DNA of 64,000 nt from Porphyridium purpureum. Taxonomy: Eukaryota. Numbering within the stretch: the first letter of the stretch is position 1; each line of letters opens with the position of its first letter. The stretch is from the NCBI GenBank assembly GCA_008690995.1, contig VRMN01000006.1:310001-374000 (forward strand), in the 5' to 3' direction. Of this stretch, positions 11,701-21,535 are shown piece after piece. Both the position numbers and the translations under genes were made by a program. Below the pieces are notes generated by a model. The model searched no databases and was not told where the DNA came from. It saw nothing but the letters and a program-made list of their open reading frames with translations.

Positions 11701-14700
11701 ACAAACTCACTTCTGACTGCTCCTGCACCGGAACACCGGGCGCCCCGGCCGCAGCAACGGAGCCTGCGCTCGTCACGCGCACAGGAGAGGCTAGTGAGGC
11801 CGTTTGCTGCTCCATTGCCGAGGTGACTCCCATGCCACTCGATCCCGATGCTGACCCAGACTTTGACTGCGCAGCGTGCGCAAGCGCCGCAGCTGCGGCC
11901 GCTGAGACTGGAACCGCGCCGCGCTGACCCGGAGGATTCTGCGCAAGCGGCGGCCTTGCAGCTGTACCGGGAATTCCAGCGGCAGACTGGGAAGCAAGGC
12001 CAGACACTCCGGCACCCATTCCCCCACGAGCTAATGAAACGTGCGCTGAGTTCTGATTCTGAGGGGCATGAGCCTGCGAGATTACGGCACCCGCGTTCGC
12101 TGTTGCTGCCGCGACCGACGGTGTGGTGTCCACGGCTGAAACAGTATCTCGCTTGATTGTGACCACTTCCTTGGCGACCCGCGTGAGCACGCGAACCATT
12201 GTTTCGTCGTGGCGTTTCATGCGCTCAGGTGCATTGCGGTTCAAAAACGCTAGCACCGGCACCACATTACGTATTATCGTATGCTCGAGTGTCGCTAAAC
12301 TGTGTTCTAGGTCGTCCTGGAATGACACCAGCAGGTTCTGAATCATCACCTTGCTTGCCTGCGCACTCAGTGGCACCGCAACACCTGCATCGTTTCGAGG
12401 CGAAGCAAGTAGCGATGACGCGGCTGCACCTGGCCCACCGGAAACTGACGCAACAGACAGACCAGGCTTGGCATCCTTCTGCTTGTCTCCATCTACCGAT
12501 GCCGCGGCTATGGGTTGAGAGAGGGTCGATGGTGAAGCAATTGCCGCTTGCGACCCCGCAGGTGGTGATCCTCCGACTTGCCCAGCCACCGGCCCCACCG
12601 GGGGCGGTCTTGTCGCGAGCTGTGCTGCTTCAACCGCTTGTACCGGAGCGCGTACAGCCGCCGACTTGAGGACGCTGAACTGCTCCGCTGTGGCAGTTTG
12701 GCCAATTGGAGAGCATTCACCGCCGCCACCCGTCACGTCGCTGTCCGTGTCCATTTTTGTCTGTGCCTCCTCGTACAACTTGAGCAGCACAGCGATAAGC
12801 TTGACAAGCACGTCCGGCATGCCCACCGCATTGGACCTAAACGATGGCAGAAAGACCGCCTTGAACGCCCCTAGATTGTTCTCGGCACCCCTCAAACCTT
12901 GCTTCTCGAGAACGACCGAACACAGCTTGACCGACGTCCAGATGCTCACCTGCCGCACCAGCTGCTTCTCTATTGCTTGAACATCTACAGGCGATTGAAA
13001 ACCACCAGACGGAGAAGCAGAGGCCGCTCCAGAGAGTGATTGCATCTTCGTGGCCCCCGCGTCCACTTGATGGCCTCTGGCAGCTGCCGAGGCTGCTACC
13101 GCCGAAGCGGTTTGTCCGCGCTGCTGCTGTGCAGCAGCCAATGGATTCACACCTATATTCATATTCATCCTCCCTACTGATGGATTCTGGCCACCCCGAT
13201 CCGCGGCGGGAGCGGCCGCGGAGGCCGCTGCAACCGCCGCGGCTTGGGCGGCAGCCGCGGCTGATTGCAAGATCTTTTCCACATGCTGCAGACGGATCAA
13301 CGTGTCCGGCCAAAGATCCAGAGCGTCACTGATTAGCGCACAGCAGCGCTCCGCGAGTGCCATGCGCTCTTCGCGCACTGACGCCGCAAACGCAATTTTT
13401 GCCAAGAAATTCACAATCATCTCAACCATGGCACTTGTTGGCTTAAAGTCGTCATCCATCGCTGCAGCCGATGCCCCCGCAGCTAAGGCAATACCCTGCT
13501 TGTGCTTCACATGATTGAGACTACTACCTGGGCTTTGCGGACCTGGAGATGGGGACGGGGATGCAGAGGGGGATGCCGACATTACGTCAGCCGCATTATC
13601 CTTATTCGAGTCCACAGCAACAGATACCGAAGACGATGATCCCGCGACTTTTCCTCTGCCTGTTTCCCTCTCCAAAGTGACTGGAACCGGAACAGGGACC
13701 GCGTTTCCAGAAGCATCTTTGAGCTGCTTGGCTGGCCGCCGGTCGGTTTCCACCAGCATTTGCGCGTCTGTCGCGCTCGATTCCCGTTCAACGCCACTCC
13801 TACCCGGGGCGTCTCTCAAGGGGTCAATATTCACATCAAGTGACTTGGATTCGTCTTCCGGCTCCTGCCGCACCCGCTTCCCCCCAGCCGTCGAGCCTGT
13901 GGCGCTGGCAGCCTCGTCCTTCTCATTGTCCATTTCTCCATACCCTGGTGCGTTTGTCGGCTCGGTGATGGCGGACCGTGCAGCAGCCGCAGCAGCCTGC
14001 CTCGTTTTCTCCCACTGAATCACAAGTTCAGCCAAATCAACGGTAAGGCGTCGGTTCTCGGTGGTGGTGGATGGGCTGAGCCCAAGTCGCTGCAGGCTGT
14101 TCACCATCTGTGGAACGAACTGCGCACGCGCTGGATAAAACAAAGATCCGTGACGAACCAAGAGCTGCCAGATGTGAACGAGATGTTGCAACGAGTGACC
14201 TTCCTCGACCAGCATCTTCTTGATATATCGGATCCATATCGGGTATTTGTGTTCCTCCGCGTGATGCGGCAGGCGTATGGGCAGTACGGGAGTGAGAACG
14301 TCCAGTGCTTTGCGAACTAACGTTCGCCCTTCGGGCTGGCACGCCCGCAACAACGCAACGTACACCTGCAGGATAATCTTGTCCGGCGCTACGTATGCCT
14401 CGAAGAAACGACACACATTCATAAAGGCCCAGCACTTGGTCACCGAGGCGTCTCTCTTCAAGTGGTTCCAGCCGAACTTGATTAGTTCCTTGCGATACTG
14501 CACGAGCTTCGACGGCAAGTTCTGGATGAGTAGTGTCGCAAGCTGCAGTAGTTCAGCAGCAAACGGTTGAGGTGGCGGTAATCCTTGAGCCTGATGTCCG
14601 CTTTGATGAGCACTTGAATGTACGTGTGTTCCATCCCTCTCCTCCGCTGCTGCAGTACTGCTTAATGCCGCACTCGGCACCGACACGGACTCATCACCAT

Positions 14701-17700
14701 AGTCGAATAACTCCCTGACCATGCGATCTATCACGTCTGCACTGACGACAGGATGGTCTGCACCAGCCTGGACTTGGATTTGATTTTTGCTCGGTTCGGC
14801 GGCGCTGGCGACATCAGTCACTGTCGCGGGGTCGTGCGCATTCATGCTCGATAAAATCTTTTCCATGAACAGCACGAGTAGCGTGAGCGCGTGACCCTTG
14901 CGCTCTTGCGGAACGGATGTATCCTTGAGTAAATTGAGAAAGTGACACAGCACCGCGTGCTTCTCTGCATCTGAGTACTCTGTTGGGATGGTGAGCGTAA
15001 AGTACAGTTTCACAAACTCAAAATCACGAAGCGAGCGTCGAGAGAACACTGATAGCAGCTGAAAAAGCGCCGCCAGCTCGCCACGCTGACGGTAACAGTA
15101 GCGAAGAATGCATTCAGCAAGCGTCTGCGCCTCGCCAATCTGCTCAACTGGCAGCAAATCTTCCTTCTTAATGTGCATTTCCACCCAATCCGGGTTATTC
15201 CACACATCTACGAGACAACCAAACACATCTGCCTGCTTGGCGAGCCAGTCAGGCAGGCGTGAAGACAAAATTTCAACTACAACAATCCCACAGAAGGTGA
15301 GCGATGACAAGGGCGGGATGGCGGATTGACCCGATGCTTGATTCGGCGATGCAAAAGAAGCACTGCCTGGTAGCAACTGCGCTGCAGCGGAACCGGTGGG
15401 TGCAACAGAGGAAACGCCCGGCGCGGCGGTACCAGCCTGAGAGCTACCACTTGGTGGTGCGGGGACCGATGGCAAACTCCCGCTTGCCGGCTTGCTCGCA
15501 CCTGCACTCACACCTTGCCCGCTGACCCCCCCTGCCACTACCGGTTTGAACTTGAACGTGGCGTCAATTAACTTTTGAGTGTTTCCAGCGAGGGCGTCTC
15601 TCAAGGGACCGCCGTCATCAGCCCACAAAAACGCAAAAAACAGATTGCGCACGTTTCCGTGCCCAGCTCCAGTAGCATTTCCGCCAGCACCGGTCAAATT
15701 GTCGCTGCGCAAGAAAAAATCCACTGCATCCGACGCATACCGATTGCAAAACTTCAGCAGCGCCGCGCGGAACGGCGATGACGAGGACACGTGCTGGCCC
15801 GCGAGGCCTTCGTTACTGTAGCACACGGAGCTGAGCAACATAGCCCCGCCGAAGTTCACCTGCTCGAGGTGCAACACAGTGTGTACCAGCGGTTCCATGA
15901 AGCGCACAGCGCCACTCGGAAGGAGATGGAAGAGCTCGAGAATGGCAACGGCGACCTTGATTTCTGAGCCTGCCGGCCACTTCTTTGCCGCAGCGAGCTT
16001 CTCCGGCTCCATCCACTTTTGTAAGTGCTCCAGAAGCTTGTCAGCAAGATTAATATTGAACCAGGACGACAGTAGTTCCAGCACACGCGACAGACCAGCC
16101 AAGTAGTTGACCGACAGTTTCAAATAATCGGAGAGCAGCACTAGAATTGAACGCAGATTCGCCTGCAGAATATCCTTCGGTACGTGCGGCTCTGCTACGA
16201 CAAGCCTTAGTCCATCACACGCTTGCGTCACGATGGCTTCGTGGCGGCTTTCGAGCGCGCGAAAGAAAACGCCTACAATCGGCGCTAGCAGTTCCGCGTG
16301 TGCGGAGCCTTGCGACTGAAATACAGCCTTGTCGCGCATGAGCACGGTAAAAAGCTGCAGGATTGTGAGCTTGATGTTCACCAAGGCCTTGGCGACGCGG
16401 CGGTCAACGAGCTTGTTCTCGGTGAGCCTTATAAGTGCCGCGTCCTCAGCCTCCACAAGCCGCAGGATCGTTGTGTCTTCCGCGATTTCTATCGACGCCG
16501 CAACTATGGCTTTGAGCGGCGCATGGTCTAGGACCTCTCGTGCGGTAAATAATGGAGGCTTGGCGCGACCGGCATCCATACTCATTACAAAACACAGCAT
16601 GCTGACAATGCCTGCCTGCGTCACAAACGGAACTGTCCGCAGCGGACGAGAGGCCGGTGCTAGCGAGCGCGCCACATTCTCTTTCCAAGGGCCCGTCCAC
16701 AGCTCGCGCAGGCCATAACCGCGCTCGCGGCAGATAAATGCCACCACACCTTGCGCGGCCTCACGCGTCAGCGTGACGTCCGCGATGCAGTCTTGGAACA
16801 CGGCGAGTGTCACGTCTCGATCTACATCCAGTAGCTCCTCTGCGCTTGGGAAGGGGCCACGCGCAGCCGGCGAGACTGCTGCGACATCGGAAGCGACTTT
16901 TGCTCGCGTTGGACCACTCGCATCCCCGCGCGGAGAAAGTGCTTCGTCAGTATCATCCCTCATCGTGACCGGCCCGCTTTCCTCATCATCATTTTCATCG
17001 ATATTTGTGGCCTCCTCCTTCGCGCCCTCTTTCAGCATGACCTGGCCCTCTGCCTCTGATGCCGGCGCGTGCGCATCCGCCAATGTTGTGGACATGTCAT
17101 CAAAGCAGATGTTGCTGTGACACGCTTTCAAGCAATTGCTAATGCTCTCTGTCGCGCACGCGGTGAGATAACTCGCGCTTTGCACATGTGTCTCGCGAAG
17201 GACCGCCAACAGGCTTTTCAGAATTTCGATTTCGAGTGTGGGTTTGTACAGCTTGCTCTCGATTCCACTAAAGTACAAACCACTGGCAAGAGGAATCGAG
17301 GACAGGGGCGCAACCAGAAAACTTCGCGGCAGGCGACGAACGAGCAATCCTAGCACGCGCGTCGCGCCATACTTTTCTTGCCATTTGATGCCGTGGCAAA
17401 GGTGGCAACAAGCGCTTAGAATTCGCAGCACCGCGGCACCCGCCGCCGCAGAACCAGAACTCCCGCACGCAATCAGGTCCAGTTCGGATTCACCTTGCAA
17501 CTCAGAGTGCACCTTGAGTAGCTGTGCCACAAATTCGTCCAGCAAATCGGAAGCGTACACGGACGTCGAAACGGAGGTCTCTGAGAGGGACTCAATGCAA
17601 GCAGTCACGAAGGTACCGGCCGAAATGTTGACTTCCGATGCTTGCACACTACTAGAAGAATCAAACAAGTCGGCGGTATTTCTACCCGGGCACATCGCAT

Positions 17701-20700
17701 CCTTCCATTCGTCCAAATCCCCACTGCTCCCTCCCGCCATGACCTGGCGCGCGTACATGGCTATCACTGAAAGCATGAAAGCGTCCGGCGGCGGCAAGCT
17801 GTCGTCCTTTTCGAAACGCACTGCTTCGCGACCCACGTGTACATCTGGCGGCTCCAGTGGTGCTGAATCGCTAGAAGACGTATCGACATGCGCCGAACCT
17901 GACCATGCCGATTTGATGTCGGCGTCTGTACAACACACCACCAAACATTTGCACAAATCAAGCGCCACCTGCTTTCCAGCACCTGGAAGAGAACGAGCCG
18001 CCGAGGCCGCTGCAACTGTAGCGAGACTCACATTTCGACCAGATCCACCCTTCGAATCTTCAAGTTCATTCCTTTTGCGCGCGCTGTCGCCGTGATGAGG
18101 AGATGACTTGCCCCTCAAAGCAGCGCTTGTAGCAACGTCAGCATTTCGAAACGCTTGGTATATACTCACAAGCAGCTTATATGCGTGCACTTTCTGCTCC
18201 AAGAGAGCTGTCGAGCTTGGGGCAGACGAGTTTCCTGGAAGGAACCCCAACCCGAACCCAGATCCAGCGTTAGACAGCGCGGCCTGCGACGAAAAGATGC
18301 TGCGACAAAAGGCCACGAAGTAGTCCATCTTCATCGAAACGCCACAACTGTGCATCCCTTCACAGTCCCAAGCGAGCTCAGCTGTGACTGACGGAGCACA
18401 GCCGACTGGCGGGAGGTTCCTTTGTGTGTCGTCCGCGCGAACTTGCATGCAATTTTGCAGATGCTTGTCCCGGTTCGCCGCACCCATTTTGCCGAGAATT
18501 CTTACGCAAGTCATACCAAAGCCCGTTGTTCCCGGGCGCGCGTGCTCCCACAACCCGTAACTCAGCTGCGGCTCGACTTTGCTCAGAAGACCCTGCAGGA
18601 ACTCAGGATGCAGTGTGTCCACCCAGAACTCGAGCGTGCGTAGCGCAAGGCTCGTGAGTTCGTTCGAACACTTGAGTGCCTCTGCTATGGGCTGAATATG
18701 GAGCGAAAGGCAGGGTAACAATGTACTTGGACGCGCTGGAATCGTCAGGCACAGCTCAAGCATGAGATCCCTGTACTTTTCACCATGCGGTCCGTTCAGA
18801 CTGTGCATGAGCGTGGTGAGCGTGTTGGCTACGAGAGGCATAATTTCCTTGTAAATGGGATCGTTCCGGCCACCCGCAAGAGACTTGAAGAGTGCGCGCA
18901 AAAGCTGCAAGTAATGCACCGGGTCTGCGTCAATTCGCGAAATTCCAGTCAAGCAACCATTCACTAATGTGCCCACGTGCAGTCGGAGGGCGCTTTCGTT
19001 CTCAGGAAACACAGTGACAGACGCAAAGAGGATCTTGAATAGCCGCAGCAGCGCCTGCGACCGTGAGAGCTCAGTCACTGGCGCTGTGCTTGTGGTCATC
19101 TCGCCCTTCTCGCCGTCCTTTCGCGCGGCCTTGTCTTGCTTGCCCGTTCCACGGATGGGCAATCTCGTCGTCTCGTTCTTTGCTCTCAATCGATCATGAA
19201 GCTCCTGCCCGTTTAGCTGATCTTTCGGCCGATCATCTGTGTCCCGCGCCTGCCGCTGCGCTTCTTCCTGATTTTCCTCTACCCGCTGCTGGCGCTGCTG
19301 CCCCCTTTGGCCCCCACGCACGTCACGGCCAGAGCCAACACTTTTGCTTCGACCACTTATGACCACATTCAACGGCCCGCCACCTTCGTCCAGCTCATCC
19401 AGGCGTGATACCAAGAAGTTGCCCAGTATGGTTGCAAAGTAACGGGAAATATTCGAACTCGACAGAAACTGCTGCTGAATCATTAGTGTGGCCTGGTTTG
19501 TCGAATTGAGATCAAAAAGCGCGCCTACGCGAGTGCTGAACAAACTCAGAAAGTTCTTCGGCTCTAGCACGGTAAATATTTGCGCAAACTGGTCAACAAT
19601 TTCCTTTTCCTCGGCCTTCGCGGTCTCGACAAGCGATGATCTGCCGCTTGAGCTCGTGCCCTCCAATGTTGAGCCCAGCAAGGACGCAGCAGCTGCCACC
19701 GTTTCCCGGTACAACTCGATACAGCCAGGGAACGCGTCCAACAAATCCGCCAACATCGCACATTCCTCCTCGGACAATCCCTTTTCCTTAATCGGTCCAG
19801 GCGCTGTGAGCGCAGTGCTCGCCCCTGCCCCTGCCCCTGCCCCTGCCGTGGCGTCAGTTGTACCATCAATGCGAGTTTTTCGCACCGCCGGTAGTGCGAC
19901 CGGTGTGTTGCTGGCAGACCACACCACGGTTTTAAGACCCATGGTGAGCGTTTTTAACAGCGCTTTGGTGTCGTGATATTCCTTGTGCAACGTGGCCAAA
20001 GGGTCCTCGGGCGAGCGATATTCGGACGCAATTCCGCCACCGCCATGCGACAATGGCGTGCTGGTCCCAGTTCCGGTCCCGGACGCCGACGGTGACTGCT
20101 GCTTCGAACTGCTGTTGTTGGGCTCCTTTTCCTTGAGTTCTTTCACCTCTGCCGCAGCTTTCTTCACTCGCTCAATCAAGAGCGGCACGCTGCGGCGCAT
20201 GGCGACGTACTTGCTTACCATGGTATCCATAATGCGTACGAGCAGAACACGTGCCTTCGGATCTGTATCCGACTTGTTCAGCAAACCTTCAATCAAATTC
20301 AGCAAAAGGCGCACACTGGTGGTTTGGATGTGCGGGTTCAGCGTAGGGTCGTGCACGTTGGTCGAAAACAAGTAAATGATGCGGCCCAGGTGCGGCAGGC
20401 TCAAGTTCAGTCGCACATAGTGCACGAGCTCGGCCAAAAACGAGTAAGCGAGTGGTCGCAGTGACTCGTGAGCTTGGCGGCCAGTGCCTATGAGCACCTT
20501 TTCGTCGAGCAGCAAATCAATTTGGCTGTAAAATGCCGCACGGAAGTCGGCAGCAAGGATGTGTCGCGTCGCGATCAACAGCTCGCGTCGAATGGGTACA
20601 GCATCGGCCGGACAACTCAGTAGAAGCTGCACAACCGACTGGGGAATTGAGCGCTCATACGGCCGTAACAGGTCGTTGAACTGCTTGAGCACAAACGACA

Positions 20701-21535
20701 AAAATGAAACCGTCTTCACCTGTGCAGCGATGAGATCGTGCAGAGTGTTGCGATTGCGCATCGGTCCTGCAGGCACTTGGAGCTCGGTCGCACGCACCAT
20801 GAGGGGAATCAGGGTGCGCACCGATGAAGTTACGGTCCTCGCGTACAGCTGCGACAGAAACATGACAATCAAGGGACATTCTGTGACGACCTTAAAGCTG
20901 CAAGTCGACTTGAGAAGACGCGTTGTACCACCTGTGGCATTGTTTGACCCCGCTCCCGTGGCTGCAGTGCCGACAAGGGACGCTACGCCAACGGATAAGC
21001 CTCCTGCTGCTCCTGCTTGAGCCGCTTGGTGGGCACCGCCTGCTCCGCTTGCGCCGGCTGAGAAGAGCGTCTGCACTGTTCTCGGAAAGTTGGAGTAGAC
21101 CTCTTTGACAAAGTCCAAGATCGGCTGCACATGTTCCTCTAGTGTGCCACGGTAACTTTTGTGCAGGTCAAATATGATCTTGAGGCAGATGATTGCATTA
21201 TCTTCATTCTCACTCTTGAGCGCGGTCATGGCGATTTGCAGGATTTCCACCACATAGGGCCTAGTGACCTCAATGTGTGGCAGCCGGTTCAAAATTTCAA
21301 GCACAAGGTGGCGTGACTTCTGGTCAATGCCGTCCACCTCCTGCGGCGGAATCAAGTGGTCAAGGACCTTCTTGAACACAGAAATGAAGCGCCTGAGAAA
21401 GCGCCGGTACTCGGCCGTATGCACAATTTCAATCGAGTCGCGGATTTCCGTGAGCAGTTGCAGCCGTCGCTGCGGCGACGTCTGCTGGCTGCTCAACTCT
21501 TGCGAGTGTGCCTCAAATGCCGTACTCGTGAGCAT
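5744..21535 (-). CDS. TRRAP: TRRAP/Tra1 PIKK pseudokinase (SAGA/NuA4 scaffold), 5,263 aa, single exon
   Basis: N-terminal EIRDSIEIVHTAEY, ENEDNAIICLKII, SFKVVTECPLIV, IAAQVKTVSFL and KELIKFGWNHLK; FAT region; kinase-like domain lacking DRH/DFG; VPFRLT; FATC end CQMDPSWHSWF. Confidence 0.97.
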   Translation of the reverse strand: MLTSTAFEAHSQELSSQQTSPQRRLQLLTEIRDSIEIVHTAEYRRFLRRFISVFKKVLDHLIPPQEVDGIDQKSRHLVLEILNRLPHIEVTRPYVVEILQIAMTALKSENEDNAIICLKIIFDLHKSYRGTLEEHVQPILDFVKEVYSNFPRTVQTLFSAGASGAGGAHQAAQAGAAGGLSVGVASLVGTAATGAGSNNATGGTTRLLKSTCSFKVVTECPLIVMFLSQLYARTVTSSVRTLIPLMVRATELQVPAGPMRNRNTLHDLIAAQVKTVSFLSFVLKQFNDLLRPYERSIPQSVVQLLLSCPADAVPIRRELLIATRHILAADFRAAFYSQIDLLLDEKVLIGTGRQAHESLRPLAYSFLAELVHYVRLNLSLPHLGRIIYLFSTNVHDPTLNPHIQTTSVRLLLNLIEGLLNKSDTDPKARVLLVRIMDTMVSKYVAMRRSVPLLIERVKKAAAEVKELKEKEPNNSSSKQQSPSASGTGTGTSTPLSHGGGGIASEYRSPEDPLATLHKEYHDTKALLKTLTMGLKTVVWSASNTPVALPAVRKTRIDGTTDATAGAGAGAGASTALTAPGPIKEKGLSEEECAMLADLLDAFPGCIELYRETVAAAASLLGSTLEGTSSSGRSSLVETAKAEEKEIVDQFAQIFTVLEPKNFLSLFSTRVGALFDLNSTNQATLMIQQQFLSSSNISRYFATILGNFLVSRLDELDEGGGPLNVVISGRSKSVGSGRDVRGGQRGQQRQQRVEENQEEAQRQARDTDDRPKDQLNGQELHDRLRAKNETTRLPIRGTGKQDKAARKDGEKGEMTTSTAPVTELSRSQALLRLFKILFASVTVFPENESALRLHVGTLVNGCLTGISRIDADPVHYLQLLRALFKSLAGGRNDPIYKEIMPLVANTLTTLMHSLNGPHGEKYRDLMLELCLTIPARPSTLLPCLSLHIQPIAEALKCSNELTSLALRTLEFWVDTLHPEFLQGLLSKVEPQLSYGLWEHARPGTTGFGMTCVRILGKMGAANRDKHLQNCMQVRADDTQRNLPPVGCAPSVTAELAWDCEGMHSCGVSMKMDYFVAFCRSIFSSQAALSNAGSGFGLGFLPGNSSAPSSTALLEQKVHAYKLLVSIYQAFRNADVATSAALRGKSSPHHGDSARKRNELEDSKGGSGRNVSLATVAAASAARSLPGAGKQVALDLCKCLVVCCTDADIKSAWSGSAHVDTSSSDSAPLEPPDVHVGREAVRFEKDDSLPPPDAFMLSVIAMYARQVMAGGSSGDLDEWKDAMCPGRNTADLFDSSSSVQASEVNISAGTFVTACIESLSETSVSTSVYASDLLDEFVAQLLKVHSELQGESELDLIACGSSGSAAAGAAVLRILSACCHLCHGIKWQEKYGATRVLGLLVRRLPRSFLVAPLSSIPLASGLYFSGIESKLYKPTLEIEILKSLLAVLRETHVQSASYLTACATESISNCLKACHSNICFDDMSTTLADAHAPASEAEGQVMLKEGAKEEATNIDENDDEESGPVTMRDDTDEALSPRGDASGPTRAKVASDVAAVSPAARGPFPSAEELLDVDRDVTLAVFQDCIADVTLTREAAQGVVAFICRERGYGLRELWTGPWKENVARSLAPASRPLRTVPFVTQAGIVSMLCFVMSMDAGRAKPPLFTAREVLDHAPLKAIVAASIEIAEDTTILRLVEAEDAALIRLTENKLVDRRVAKALVNIKLTILQLFTVLMRDKAVFQSQGSAHAELLAPIVGVFFRALESRHEAIVTQACDGLRLVVAEPHVPKDILQANLRSILVLLSDYLKLSVNYLAGLSRVLELLSSWFNINLADKLLEHLQKWMEPEKLAAAKKWPAGSEIKVAVAILELFHLLPSGAVRFMEPLVHTVLHLEQVNFGGAMLLSSVCYSNEGLAGQHVSSSSPFRAALLKFCNRYASDAVDFFLRSDNLTGAGGNATGAGHGNVRNLFFAFLWADDGGPLRDALAGNTQKLIDATFKFKPVVAGGVSGQGVSAGASKPASGSLPSVPAPPSGSSQAGTAAPGVSSVAPTGSAAAQLLPGSASFASPNQASGQSAIPPLSSLTFCGIVVVEILSSRLPDWLAKQADVFGCLVDVWNNPDWVEMHIKKEDLLPVEQIGEAQTLAECILRYCYRQRGELAALFQLLSVFSRRSLRDFEFVKLYFTLTIPTEYSDAEKHAVLCHFLNLLKDTSVPQERKGHALTLLVLFMEKILSSMNAHDPATVTDVASAAEPSKNQIQVQAGADHPVVSADVIDRMVRELFDYGDESVSVPSAALSSTAAAEERDGTHVHSSAHQSGHQAQGLPPPQPFAAELLQLATLLIQNLPSKLVQYRKELIKFGWNHLKRDASVTKCWAFMNVCRFFEAYVAPDKIILQVYVALLRACQPEGRTLVRKALDVLTPVLPIRLPHHAEEHKYPIWIRYIKKMLVEEGHSLQHLVHIWQLLVRHGSLFYPARAQFVPQMVNSLQRLGLSPSTTTENRRLTVDLAELVIQWEKTRQAAAAAARSAITEPTNAPGYGEMDNEKDEAASATGSTAGGKRVRQEPEDESKSLDVNIDPLRDAPGRSGVERESSATDAQMLVETDRRPAKQLKDASGNAVPVPVPVTLERETGRGKVAGSSSSVSVAVDSNKDNAADVMSASPSASPSPSPGPQSPGSSLNHVKHKQGIALAAGASAAAMDDDFKPTSAMVEMIVNFLAKIAFAASVREERMALAERCCALISDALDLWPDTLIRLQHVEKILQSAAAAAQAAAVAAASAAAPAADRGGQNPSVGRMNMNIGVNPLAAAQQQRGQTASAVAASAAARGHQVDAGATKMQSLSGAASASPSGGFQSPVDVQAIEKQLVRQVSIWTSVKLCSVVLEKQGLRGAENNLGAFKAVFLPSFRSNAVGMPDVLVKLIAVLLKLYEEAQTKMDTDSDVTGGGGECSPIGQTATAEQFSVLKSAAVRAPVQAVEAAQLATRPPPVGPVAGQVGGSPPAGSQAAIASPSTLSQPIAAASVDGDKQKDAKPGLSVASVSGGPGAAASSLLASPRNDAGVAVPLSAQASKVMIQNLLVSFQDDLEHSLATLEHTIIRNVVPVLAFLNRNAPERMKRHDETMVRVLTRVAKEVVTIKRDTVSAVDTTPSVAAATANAGAVISQAHAPQNQNSAHVSLARGGMGAGVSGLASQSAAGIPGTAARPPLAQNPPGQRGAVPVSAAAAAALAHAAQSKSGSASGSSGMGVTSAMEQQTASLASPVRVTSAGSVAAAGAPGVPVQEQSEVSLLISIIRLLSERVSALDEHRKQFIQVLWALLERCAQPSILQCILTDCVAKWVTFGEASKVLPTSPLVDKEKLQFLNRMASFERLQAHIPGVNQLQASYLEVIYNLFAAPDASTYEDALGKLEKPFLIGTRSSDPQIRAKFTKLLCAPVGRTPENRLYYILAQQDWEHIADSFWIRQAVELLLDIVDSKVNLSIQCVATSDAVVRGVNGQARDCCAMDTMPDWTNDYDLDSAVGVVDLQLRERTSTVEFFLSCVRFFIHTDVDFCKQIWLSVFRAAWKTLPREDDFYGSGYSRSSPYELTMLSCNYVDVLASPVLQALIALIGKEYMLQQAGRRQNVVQCLVEGCAGVGTDEDGGDVDGESDGSLDLNLPAELLLYTAQKFGTWYVSIYLLESRLGALLRMRGIVSTYSSTSVGPSGGGGGADLQMWSSSTYNQIHTYGDVAMGSPGGGSYSPHTMGWNAVLEAEVETLQDVLCELYRLLNEHDMEIALWKQRTASSMTLTALFLEQRKDYDSAMRAYLESLSGAISSQGGLAQGEQQRSHQYQQRYSHAHARQHQNQQHVTLKEARMLEDKWIHCTKQLSHWDVLTEYSRSIVDTDLLHECLWRTPDWAALKELLAKHPIDDPVKLRLYQGFVQLQENKLENVTQLVEQASQKALEAFYSLPKNAGLTAYTPSLIVFQRLVELQESVRVISELNAANQGGAGVAPGVNTNTHPVGTDIPLDNIRQVLTSWRERLPAYSDAPLVWTDLLGWRQHIFTCILNTMQSLKETAGRDVPPPVLCLGVNETAWIVNKIGTMYRKKGLPESCLYVLMKMYTYPTMDVGDFFVKTKQQLKSYLKYPKFVDNPLAVGLRHANSCNIQHFPSKQKAKLFCLKGEFFFRLKQGPEASQAYTEALRFAADLSSSWLAWGQYCDAAALESAPVASVLGGMAGSGAGPETGTVSGGAATSAAGPAAAPRIPGATFNQQHSWPEATVTCYLMAVRFGSRRARMFISRVLRLLSLDSSSTADEASQTLVAQAILRFLDLFPNWAWLPWIHQLLPMLARREASVARDILVRIAVQYPQAVFYNLRSFLEERRPLDMKGTSGGSPTPSLVQEALQAPRQNVPPLLPTATQQMSIQQEQQLQAAQAAANSALSKFQQLQAHALQAAENVRQLESQSTVTAAAKQAARAAAEKAAQVASSAQKQASELANKATALQQRQNQMAQMTGLQPGGSAVAGAAGARAGVFSSAAAGVKAAGPAPTASVSGAVRAAGAAPSAVATGSSAGAVGSVATPGAATPSPPSVAAVSGKDAGAGTAQPSAPSPGTAPPSGVPRAGAPVSGASPPGSTSPGMKANVGPHATAASAQLVPKAAVSMDPNEAVALSIAAAAKLSASSAHQHAEIVMAMLIKHHQSLYVELERTALELSMRLKPQHEEQLLGLMQALLHRCYQLAPYAVQVVAPSIRSALEEVARMCFGTVSAGAAAPPASSFKIAPSIVDLKEAFEAELAPQTAKDFPATIEPFIRRLLRWKNIFQRRVDAIPRVQRLEHMSRYLLLLHESEVEVFGQYTGVDGSEPSPDLHIKIGRISANVTVMRHYNNASKRLELIGTDGNQYHFILETSVNVSTQRTEERAAQLYRLFNLLMENFLGRRCGFGFAPVGLDAPCLIPTSQHTRLVRDDPSSQSLLQALEAGLARRNMSVDQVCILFRRRTFDCLFSDGWSDTGAARSSAELLQQLAPSHGEGHFQHSSVNIKTGAVARQDALMARLQAFNYLCERVVPETALLHWVQMRVQTAGDLFALRHSLAKSLGVSSLVNYMLAIGARRPQHMLISLKSGRIQHVQTRPLVSSRGLIECDEGVPFRLTRNFVRLLGDANIHGAFSSYMAAAVDGLKDSEQLVSHFLFAVLRDEFGASESAATVVSGPAAPSSTAEPPLAVPVPNPAQVLVEKRLAESVRLILKRLEPLPDPPTNADGVLQDLDGVSKKVSELVSLAGSAHALCQMDPSWHSWF

